A DNA stretch of 64,000 nt from Cenococcum geophilum (taxonomy: Eukaryota), in the NCBI GenBank assembly GCA_050273025.1, contig CP158636.1, forward strand, positions 186,001-250,000, in the 5' to 3' direction. Under the pieces are notes generated by a model. The model was not told the origin of the DNA, made no database searches, and was given only the letters and a program-made list of their open reading frames with translations. A program made the position numbers and the translations under genes. Positions 53,889 to 64,000 of this stretch are shown piece by piece (position 1 is the stretch's first letter; each line of letters opens with the position of its first letter).

Positions 53889-54380
53889 TATAAGGGATAT
53901 TATTGCGGACACCCTTAGGACAACCCCCGGACGCCCCTTGGATGGTCGCCGGTTACGTACTAAAGGCACGTGCCCGTAGTATATAGTCTCCACGATCCTA
54001 GAGGCCTTACCTTCTTAAGGATTCGTCTCTCTTACTAATCTATCCTATTCTAATCGTGTCCTTATAGCCCCCTATTTACAAAGTCCCCTTATACGGCGAG
54101 TGCAGCTTACGCGGTAATATCGAGCCCGCTAGCATCTTATATCTAATCGTTTTATATATCTTTAGAGGATTTATAAGTGGGTTTAGACTAGGGCCTTTAT
54201 AAACTAGCTTAGGCTCTAGAAGCCTAGTCGGTGGCATCATTTCGACCTAATCGGAGTGAACTTTCGAGCGTGCTCGACGTCGAAGATAGTAGGCAATCGA
54301 CACTACACTAGCGGTGATAGTAATAGCAAAGGGGATCGCGACTCCAAGCCCCGCTTTAGCTCTGGTTAAAAGTCCTTATA
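53889..54380 (+). repeat. 3' LTR (492 bp) of outer Gypsy C
   Basis: Preceded by PPT aagaaggggggggggtaa. Termini TATAAGG...CCTTATA are the RIP form of TGTAAGG...CCTTACA. Host gene sequence begins at 54381. Confidence 0.85.
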
Positions 54381-54998
54381 AGCTCGAGCTGTTAGAAGTA
54401 TATTAAGGTACTATTATAGAGGTGCTTTATGGCGTAATTAGAGTTAAACTAATCATTAATATAAGAGAAGACACTAAGACAGACGTCGAACTGGTTACGT
54501 TGCTGCTGCTTATTAGACTTGCTATAAGGATACTCCCGTAGTTGTTAAGAAAGACGCCACAACTACTCTAGCAGCATTTGGCGGTCGTTATCGCAACAGA
54601 GACTTCCATCGTGATATATAAAGACTTGTAGGAAAAAGCCACCGCTATTTGATTCGTCTAATCATCGTTAACAGGCATCGCAGGTTTAGTTATAAGAAGT
54701 TTGGCTTACTATATAAACAAATTTAAGCGTATATATTAATGTTCCAGGGATCTACAGCGCATGGTCCGCGAACTAGCGTTGTTTCTGGATCTCCATTATT
54801 ATAGTAGAGGCGATTTGGGAGGCAAGTGGTATTATGTCCACAACATGCGGATGATCCTGGATAGACCTAGTTATTAGGATATTCTACCCTATCAAAAGCG
54901 AAGCAATTGCCAGCACTGCTAACAGAAAGGAAAAATGGCAGCAGGAATGAATAAAGGGCCAATACTAAGCTGATTTTAGGGGCAGAAGGCTTAGACAT
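54381..54998 (-). pseudogene. Host gene for a secreted/cell-surface Cys-rich protein with a Ser/Thr-rich stalk, disrupted by the LTR and by RIP leakage
   Basis: ATG 54998: MSKPSAPKISLVLALYSFLLPFFLSVSSAG (signal peptide-like), then NCFAFDRVEYPNN*VYPGSSACCGHNTTCLPNRLYYNNGDPETTLVRGPCAVDPWN...ICLY. GT-AG intron 54658-54709 in phase. Exon 2 reads ESNSGGFF...DGSLCCDND, then an apparent 1-nt frameshift, CC, and an S/T-rich run cut at 54381. Confidence 0.82.
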
Positions 54999-56899
54999 AA
55001 TGCCTATAATGAAATTGAAAAATATTTCCGATGAAAAATCCAACGTTCTGAGTACAGAGAAGAGAAATACATAGTGGCACAATCTTAAGAGCATTGTGAC
55101 GGCTATTGTAATCTTTGGTGTAAGGGTAAGGCATAGGGACGCTCCTTTAGGTTAGCTTGCCACGAACGTGGAAAGTCGGATATAATACTTGGACACATCC
55201 CCTATTTACAACCAATAAAGCGAGTCTGAAGGTCGGAGAGTGTAGCCGAAAGCTCTGGGAGTGTTTAAATACGCCATGTCGCAAAATCTTACACTTAATG
55301 AACTTTAGCCCTGTGCGCGTACACCTAATAAGCTTTTAATACAAAATTCTTTAAAATTATCGCGATTAATAAATTAAAGCTATATATTATTATATAATAT
55401 TGCAACTATACCCTATCTTTAGCGTATTTAAGATCGTGCAAATCTTAGTATTAAAAATGGCTAATAATATATAAGCATCCCAAAGTGCGTAAAGATATAT
55501 CTAGGATAGATTAATAATATATCTAGGATATAATCTAGGTACCCTTACGCACCTACCTATCTTAGGTAGTTTTTCTATACTACTGCTAATAGAAGAAACT
55601 TAGCCTTTAATTAAAGACTTAGAATAATTATAGGAGGACTTTTTCTATAAAGGGCAACGGGTGCAGGAGGAACGTAAATATATAAACATTAAAGATAGTA
55701 ATTAGAATATATCCGGCTTATATTAGGAGTACTACTAAGATATTTAATCCTAAATGCCTATACTATAACAATCTGCTAATGCCTCTTCTTTAATAATAGT
55801 AGTAAGTAGAATTATATAACGCGAGCTATATATAATATATAAACTAATTATCTCTATAATATAGCCAGGCTTAATATTAATTACACAAACTAGATCGCTT
55901 GCAGTAGAAAGATTTATATTTAGTTAAGAGATACTATAATATCCTATATCCTTTAAGCACGGGATTAGATATATTATAGATTTGTCTAGCTTATAGCTAA
56001 ACAATAAGAATATTATAAAGATATACGAAAATATAAGACACTATATTCTAGATAGATCCTATATATAACTTAGTTCTAATATAGATAGATATAATACTTA
56101 TATATATTAAAGAACAAAATAAGTATAATATGCCCTCTTCTTAGCCTCTAAAAGTATTTTAGAAGACAGATACCCTATTTAGGCGTGTTTTATTATAAAT
56201 ATTTAGACCCTTAACTACAAAACTTTTATTATAAGTAAATTATAGTAGAGGACTAGGAAAGAATATGTAAATTATAAGAAAAAGTATAATATATCTATAA
56301 TATTATGCTACTATATCTAAGTTATAATATAGACGTTACGAACTCTTATATATTTCCTTAGCGATTTAATAGAATTAAATTAAGATAATATTAAACGAAG
56401 AGACACGAATACGTAAAACATTTATTTATATTATCTATTTTTATTAACATATATATAGGCTTTATAATAGTATTTATTATATATTTTAGTACTAGATTAC
56501 CTATATAGAGCAAAGTACTAGTTATAAGCTATATCTTTATATTATAAAGTACACAGTTAGTGTCTAATAGATCCTAAATATATTACTACTATAACTAAGC
56601 TATAACTAGTCACTTATAGATAGACTTATGGTAAGTATATATTGTACTAAGGGAAGTTAAATATAGAACTATAAAAAACACTATTAAAAGTCTCTTTCTT
56701 TAGTTTTAAGATACTTATTAAAGTATTTAAGAGATTTACTTAACTAAGGCTATTAGGGTACCCCAGAAACCTATACAGCAGTAGAGTATAGGAAAAAAAG
56801 ATTAAATAATTACGGTAAGTTATTATAATATGTATATAACTATAATATAACTATAATATAATACTAATATATCTAGGTTATAACCACGCCTAAGGGCCT

Positions 56900-58600
56900 A
56901 GAAAATAGGTACTAGCCCTATATAACGTGGAGTTTAATTATATATAACTAGATAATATTAAGGATTGCCCTTATATTATTTTAACTTCTTATAGTAAACA
57001 TATATATCCTCCAGCGCCTCTATTAAAGGTTCCAATATAGCTTATTAAAGAACTTTAACAACAAATCTAGCGATAGTTGGGGCTAGGGCTTACTCTAAGT
57101 ATATTATATCTAAGCTATATTAATGCTTTATCCTTACTCTATTAGGCTCTTTTATATACAGCCCTTTAATAAAAAAGTTTTATAAAAAATACGATGTTAC
57201 TAGCCTTCTAAGCCTTTATTAAAGCCTAGCAAATCTTAATAAGATTTAATATATAATTAAAAAGTAATAGCTTTTATTATTTCTATAAGGTTAAAATATA
57301 TAAGAGGTAATATTTAAAAAGCATCTATATTATAAAACTGGTCCTAGATATATATAAGATATATTCTATAAAAATAGTAAGCTAATAATTATATGCTTTT
57401 AAAAAGGCTAGGTAGAAATACTATTAATATTAAAAACGTTTAAAATTAATATATCGTTTAAACGAGTCGGTATAGCTGGGCTAGATAAGGTTGTAATTAC
57501 TATAAATATCCCTGGAATTAATAAAGGTATTATATAACCTAGTTATATTATAGTTATATCTTTATTCTAATAAGGCTATAGTTATTATACTAATAAGAGT
57601 TTTTGTAAACTAAGCTATAGGCCGATTAGTAGAGATATATTAATAACTTTTCTATACTATATTCCGCTTATATAAGAATTACGGCTATCTAACTTATTGG
57701 AGTTATATCTATAAACGTGGATTTTATACAGCTCTTATAGATATAGATAGGGCGTAGGCAAAAGGTATTTTATAATGCGTATATGTTAAAGATATTACTA
57801 AAATATATTAGGGCTTGGCCTTTACCTAGCAGATATTAACCCCTTATAAACTTAGTAGGGCTATATAAAGTCTGTAATTATATATTACTAAATCCACATT
57901 CTTTATAGTATTTATTAGGTTATTAGAGCCGGAAATATAGGCTAAGATAGTGTTGGGTAATATATGGCTTTAATTATGGAGGCTATAAGCTGTAAGCAAT
58001 ACTATAAAATTTTAGACGCGATTAAAGGTATAGAGATATTATATCCCTAATTAATCCATACTATATCTATATTCTAATATTTACAGTTATAGAAAAGTAT
58101 AGTAATAACTATAAAATTGTAAACTGGTGTCGATATAAGCGATATATATATTACATCTGGAATAAATCTATATTATAGTAAAATAGACAGTAATATATTC
58201 TCTATAATTGTAAAAAATATAAACGCCGTTAAATGCTCCTATTTTTGAGTAAATAATCTTAGGCGTTAATTAAGCCTTTTAGCTGCTATTTTAATGTTAG
58301 TATATCTTATATATCCGTAATATAGTATTATAATAACGATTATAGTGGATAAAGAATTAATGTTTTTAATTTTAAAGCGTGGAAGGCGTATTATCAGCAT
58401 AGGATTTTATATACATCGCGAACTACATCTATCGCCGAAAGAATAGCTTTGGTAGAAAAGTGTAAATATATGGATTTATTATAGCTCTAATATAAATATA
58501 TCGCTAATATAATCTACTATAGTTCTATAAGTTTTAAAAGAGCTAGAAAAATTAAGAAAATAGGCCCGTACTAGTAAAGGAAAAGGTAATACTATATCTA
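56900..58600 (+). pseudogene. Degenerate intron-containing DDE transposase with CxxH motif (Mutator-like clan; family not recognised)
   Basis: RIP-reversed DCPYIILTSHGKHIHPPAPP (~56964-57020), TFEIDMSFKRV (~57436-57468), DMDRAQAKG/intron (~57740-57765), YCQIHILRSI (~57883-57912), NTNAVECSH...GRQLSLLAAI (~58217-58290). TIRs not identified. Confidence 0.65.
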
Positions 58601-59475
58601 TAAGTATTAAAGAGGATAAAGATTTTAATTTTAATAATATTATATTAGATATATTATCTTCCAGAACTAGTATACGCCCACGGTTGTAATTATAAAGTTC
58701 GCGAGGCGCACGATTAAAATCTCACTTATAATCTCTTACCTCTATTTACTTTAGTATATTATATTTTAGATCTTACTAAATTCTATAAAGCTAATATTTT
58801 TTAGTTTCCTCTATTACAACATTAAATAATAGTTAGGTTTCGCTCTCTCCTAGGCCTATTTCACTGTTAGGTAGGATTATTTAAATATATCCTTAATATA
58901 TCTAGCTTATAAGCTAACTATATCTAGGATATAAGAGTAGCTTATAGTCCTTACTTTATATAACTGTTACTTAATAAGCTTAATTCTTATAATAGTTAAC
59001 GCTATAGCAATCCCAATTAAATATTCGTAAGTAAGAAGCCTGGGTTTTACGTATAGAAGCTAAAGTAAAAGCAATTAAAGTATAAAATTAGAAGATGGAA
59101 TTGGAGCTTAGAAATTAAAACAAGAACTTAGTTAATATAAATTTTTATATTTATAAGCATAAAGGGTAGAAGTTATATTAAGGTTATTACTTAAATAGAG
59201 TAATATTATAATATCTAAGAGAAAGCCTAACCTAAATTCTCCGCGCTATGCCTATACTCCACGCAATGTTTTATAGCCTATATATAATGCTTTATAGTAT
59301 CCACGATATAACTAGGATATAACTAGCATATATCTAAGATATATAAACGCCTTAACCTATTTAACCCATACGGTATAGTCCTCCTTAGCATTAAACAACT
59401 TCCTATTATTAAAGTTATCTACAACCTCCGGCAGCGTTATATTAGGTAAAATAAAATTCTATTTATAATTAGATT

Positions 59476-62400
59476 ATAAGATAAGATATTTAATTACGCT
59501 GTTACGGCTCCCGTTAGGGTCCATGTAGCGGGTCTATATAGGTATATATATATAAAAGGGAAACCGTATAGCTATAGCCAGATAAAACCTCTCCTTTTGC
59601 TATTATGTGGCCTATATAGCCTCTCCTCTAATTAGTAGCTGCTAAGCATAAGTAGACGTCTCTTTAAGGCGCTATAGAAAAGCTATTTTAATACGTACTC
59701 CTAGGTCCGTCCGGTGGGGTATATAGCTAGGGCCTAAGTTCTATCCTAGTTGGTTTAGTTATCTAGGTAGGGCAAAGGCCAGCGGCCCGCAAGGCTAGTA
59801 GTGTAAAAGTCTATACGTAGCTCCGTAGCTATAATAATGCTAAGGCGCGTTACTTACTAAATTCTGTTAAGTTCTGCCAAGTTTTACTAACTTACTAAAT
59901 TCTGCTAAGTTCTGCCAAGTTCTGCCAACTTACTAATTTCTACCAAATTCTGCTAACTTATTGCGTTCTGCTAAATTCTGCTAACTTACTAAGTTCTGTT
60001 AGATTCTGCTAGCTTACTAAGTTCTACTAAATTTTGCTATATTACTAAATTCTGCCAAATTCTACCAAATTCTACTACATCTATAGTATTCTGCCATATT
60101 CGGTAAATTGCCACAACGTTGCCGCAATTTATTGTCCCTCTTCTTAAGGTACTTCCTAGTCTCCTCCCTTTGCCCTAGCTAGCTCCCTAGCTAGTAAGAG
60201 GTATAATAGGAGGTTTGTCTATATAAACCAGCCCGCAACTACCTTTATAGTATTTAGCTTAGCTAGGAGCTCTTTATATAAGGATATTCTAGCGCAGTAA
60301 TACATTTCCGCCTAGCTAGTAATGTGCCTAAGGCAGTACACTATTATATATATTATTAATTGTTAGTTATAGCCGCATAGGTAGGCCAGAGTTAGTTGCC
60401 CTAGTACTTTCTAATAGTAGAGGTATCTATTAAGTCCTATATATTCTATTCTAAGCAGCGTATTAATTATACTCTCTATCTTAGTAAGCCTTGCGTGGCG
60501 TTTATAGACCTTCTTATTCTATAGTTTGGCCTAGGCCGTTATATAGTGTGTAAGTATGCTCTAGTACCTTTCCTACTCCTTTTTCCACTGCTCTTTAAAC
60601 GCCTTTTATACCCTAGCCCTTCTGCTCTTTCTATACTGCGCTTTAGATAGGTCCGCCGGCCGTATATCTATCCCTATAATAGCAGCCGCCATTCTTTTAA
60701 GCTTGTCCCTTTTAGTGGGCTGCATTAGTGGCCTCGTTTTAGGTTAGAGCTAATAGGCTATTATGGTTCGTATAGTATTGCACTCCCTTTTAATATATTC
60801 TCTTACCTACCCCTTCTATGTCCTTTCCGCGTAGGCTATAGCTAGCTCCTTTAGGTATATCTAGAGCGGCGGAAACCCCGTCTCATACTCTAGTACTACT
60901 ATTAGCGTTAATTTATACGCCCCCGTAATAGTACGAAGGTATAGATTCTGCGCTACGCCTAGTTAGCGCAGCTTAGCTTTACTTATCTCCTTAGGCTTTA
61001 ACTACTCTGGTGGCGAGTACTAGATACTATATCTGTATAAGATTGTTAGTCGGACTATAGCGAAGTATATTATCCGCGCCTTCTAAAAGGAGGCGCCCTA
61101 TATAGAGGCTGTGAGTTAGGTTAGTACGGCCATTTATATAACCGTTTTCGCCTTAGCGATGTTAATATGCGGTCCCTATTTAAGCTTTAAGTCGACCTAT
61201 ACCCCTAGCACGTATAGGTTGCTAACTAAGCCTTCCGTAAATCCACGTATATTAACTGTAGCCTTTATATTAAACTTCTTATAGCTTCTTATAAAATGGA
61301 TAAGGTAGTACTTTTCTAAGGCAAACACTACCCTATATTGGCGTGCCTACTCCGTATATATTTTATACGCCCTTTTTAGGGCTCTACAGTTCTCCTCCGT
61401 GGTCTTACTATATATTAGTATATTTAAGTTATTAACGAACCTAAACGCTATAGTGGTACCCCCTTATAGCTCCGGCAGGAGTGTGTAGGTAAAGAAGAGG
61501 AATAAGATTGGCGATAGCGCTAAGCCTTAGGGTATGCCAGTATTTATCTGTATTATTTGCGCTATATATCCTCTAATTAAAAGCCTCGTTATTTGGTCTT
61601 TAAGAAAGGACTTTATAAACTATACTATTTAGTAGGGTACGGCCTAGGCTTTTATATTATGGATTATTCTTTTATAGGAGACTTGGTTAAAGGCCCTGGA
61701 AATATTAAGGCTAAGTAGTAATACTACTAGGTTTAGATTGCTTCTCCACACTATATATACCTATTAAGTTAGTAGTTTTAGCGCTATCTATATTAAGCGC
61801 CCTAGCCTTATTCCTATCTAGCTAGCCAGTAGTATACCTATCTCTTCTATAATTCTAGACAGTCTATCGGCTACTATTTTCTTAAGTAGCTTCCCAATAG
61901 TATTAAGCAGTATAATTAGCTAGTAGGCCTTTACCGTAGAGTAGGACGGCTTCTATAGTTTCCGGAGGACTACTATAATAGAGTTTTTAAATGGTTTTAG
62001 GTGGTATCTAATTCCTATATAGCTATTAAAGAGCTTAGCTAGTACTAGGGCTAGCTGCGCTCTATATATCTTAAGAAATTAATTAGTAATCTTCTTTAGG
62101 CCTAGGGCCTTATTAGGGGCAAGCCCCTTTAAAGCCGCAATAATGTCCTCCTCCTTAACTTCTTCCTTTATAGTTCTCGGCTCCGGGTATATAAAACCTA
62201 GTATATTACTAAGGTCTACCTCTATAGGCAGTAGGAAAAATTACTCTGTAAGGATAGCGGCCTTCTCCTTATTATTATAGTATAGGGTCTCTTCTCCTAG
62301 TCTACTAATAGGAGGGAACTATAGTAGGGCCTTTGGCTTCCCGTCCGCTATACGCGCCCATTTTACTAACCTCTATACTCCCTTAGGGTCGTTCGTTAGC

Positions 62401-64000
62401 TTCTTAACGGTGTGTCTTTATAGCTTATTAGCCTCTCGCTGAATTACCCTTTTCTTCTTATTATATACGACTCTATAGTTAATCCAATTAGGTACTAACT
62501 AGGAGGCCTTCCACGCCTAGAAAGCCTACTGGGTTTCCTTTACTACCTCTATATATTCCTTTAACTATACTTTAGAGGCTTACGGTGAGGGCCGCGCGCT
62601 AGGTATTGTCTTTACTATAATGTTTTTAATTGCCTAATATATAGCCTCTGCTAGTGCGTCTAGTTTGTCTTTTATGTCGCACGGGAAACTATATAGGGGT
62701 TAGAGCCGGCCCTCTAGTTCGTTTTACACCTCCTTTTAATTAGCCTTCTTTTATAGTGGTCTCCTAGGTAGCGGAGGCTCCTCTAGCGCCTCTATGTCTA
62801 CCTTTATAGTAATAGGGAAGTGGTTAAACCCTATATACCAACAGTCCTACCTTTAACTTTATAGTAGTTTATCTATAATTTAAGGGGAGGTAAATACTAG
62901 GTCTAGCGTGCTCCTTAATATACTTTTTACCTACGTCTCTATACCCGCCTTAGTGGCTAGGCTTAGGCCAGCTACCTCTATAGCGCGGATAAGGTTATCC
63001 GCCGCGTTATCTACGTTTATTACTACTATACCCCCCTAAAAGGGGTAGTATAGGTTAAAGTCTCTTAACAATATATATTCTCCTTTAGCTTTTAGCAGCT
63101 CTAGTAGTACGCGGAGGCTACTATTTATCTATTAGGGGTTATAAATGTTATAGATCTAGATAGTCTACTTACGGCCCTCTAGCTTAATTGTATATGCGTC
63201 CGCTAAGTAGTGCGTAGGCGCCTACTTATTTATATTAATGGCCTTATTTACGTAGAAACAGACCCTTATATTGCCGACTTCCGCGTATACTAGGTGGTAG
63301 GACTTTATAATATATATTGTATTTCCTTAGTCCTTCCTCTACGGCTTTTAGATAGCTAGTATATCCAGCTAAAAGTCCGCCTACTTTATCTCTTATAAGA
63401 AGTAAAGCAGTACACCGTTTCTGCTGTTGTTAGTATTATACTATATAATTATAAGTGGATTCCGGTGTCCTAATATAAGATATCTATACTAGCCTCTAAG
63501 TTAGCTAAGTCAGTGCCCTTTAGCGTCTATTCGCTCCCTTATAACGCAGTTTCAGTACCTCTAAACGCCTCTCTTTAGATCTAGGCTTTTACTTTTACTT
63601 CTATATTAAGCTTTATACTTTATAGGGGCTCCTAAGTTACTAGGACTTAAATTAGGGCGTATATACTGCTATTTAGCGCTATTTAAAGTGTTAATTAGAG
63701 GGTTCTCTAGCCCTTTTCCTTCCTAGAGTAGTTAATAGTCCGTGGTTAGCCGACCTTTTAAGGGGCCTCCTCTGCCTATACAGAGCTCTCCTACGTAGTC
63801 GTTTCCTTTAGCTTCCTTTTCTTAGTTTATTATAATGCCTCTTTAGTAGTAATCTCGTATTATAATTATGGTTGCTATCTATTTATAGGCGCCTTATAGG
63901 TACCTACGTAGTATATTAGCGTAAAGGCCCTAATTATTACAGCCTTCTCCTACTACGTCCGCTTAACGCCGCACGCCCTATTCTATGCCTTATAGTCTGC
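59476..64000 (-). mobile_element. Second Tad1-like LINE family (end of ORF1, ORF2 APE-RT, repeat-rich 3' UTR); runs off the window
   Basis: Minus-strand motifs IIQYNANNS (~63425-63455), GDFNLHHP (~63045-63065), KAYRPIxLLNTIGKLLE (~61880-61932), LDISRAFDQV (~61682-61711), GIPQGLALSPILFL (~61498-61540), FVDD (~61429-61440). Short (ATCTT)n-like tail at ~59476-59489. Confidence 0.9.
59852..60100. repeat. Degenerate 9-10-bp tandem repeats (ttctgccaag / cttactaa) in the LINE 3' UTR
   Basis: Repeated aattctgc(c/t)aag and cttactaa units, visible directly. Confidence 0.85.

Larger units (their letters stand above)
39413..54380 (+). mobile_element. 3' part of outer Gypsy family C (integrase end, chromodomain, long 3' region, 3' LTR), interrupted by a hAT and a LINE
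   Basis: FAYNDSIHTSTGMTPF (39414), KKLDYKNFGRFKV, HDVFHVSLLE, chromodomain DTWEPAENL (~40000), AT-hook-like KPGRPPKKK (~40122-40150). Linking this part to the LTR at 53889 is inferred from colinearity once the TSD-bounded insertions are removed. Confidence 0.75.

Noticed and set aside
53733..53993. 86-aa minus-strand ORF
   Set aside because: It spans the PPT/LTR junction and is a chance frame in GC-richer DNA.
55157..55339. 60-aa ORF
   Set aside because: It has a non-ATG start and no recognisable motif. It is probably upstream/promoter DNA of the disrupted host gene.
59852..60100. CRISPR-like or telomeric array
   Set aside because: There are no unique spacers and no TTAGGG units. It is a degenerate tandem repeat inside a LINE 3' UTR.
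1..64000. Alternative genetic code (TAA/TAG read-through) to explain the stop-riddled genes
   Set aside because: Paired LTRs and repeat copies differ almost only by C/T and G/A transitions, and conserved sense codons are altered too. RIP explains both observations.

Overview
This window is eukaryotic, not prokaryotic: an AT-rich repeat block from a filamentous ascomycete. TpA is abundant, CpA/TpG are scarce and there are many TAA/TAG stops, which is the signature of repeat-induced point mutation (RIP). Almost no intact ORFs survive, so most protein calls come from manual translation with C->T/G->A changes reversed. Positions 1-54380 form one deeply nested transposon pile: four Gypsy/chromovirus copies plus an outer Gypsy, two Copia elements, a Helitron, two Tad1-like LINE copies, a deleted hAT and an unmutated solo LTR. 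The pile's outer LTR interrupts a host gene for a secreted Cys-rich, Ser/Thr-stalk protein (54381-54998, minus). To its right lie a degenerate intron-containing DDE/CxxH transposase and a second LINE family. The strongest candidates for something undescribed are (i) a ~4.5-kb gene fusing a DUF3505-like Zn domain, a candidate tyrosine recombinase and a RecQ helicase, set among unknown ORFs and punctuated by a repeated near-palindromic motif, and (ii) a 100-bp module shared by the 3' regions of a Gypsy and a Copia that reads as protein in antisense. Coordinates given for TSDs, LTRs and TIRs were read directly; domain boundaries are approximate.
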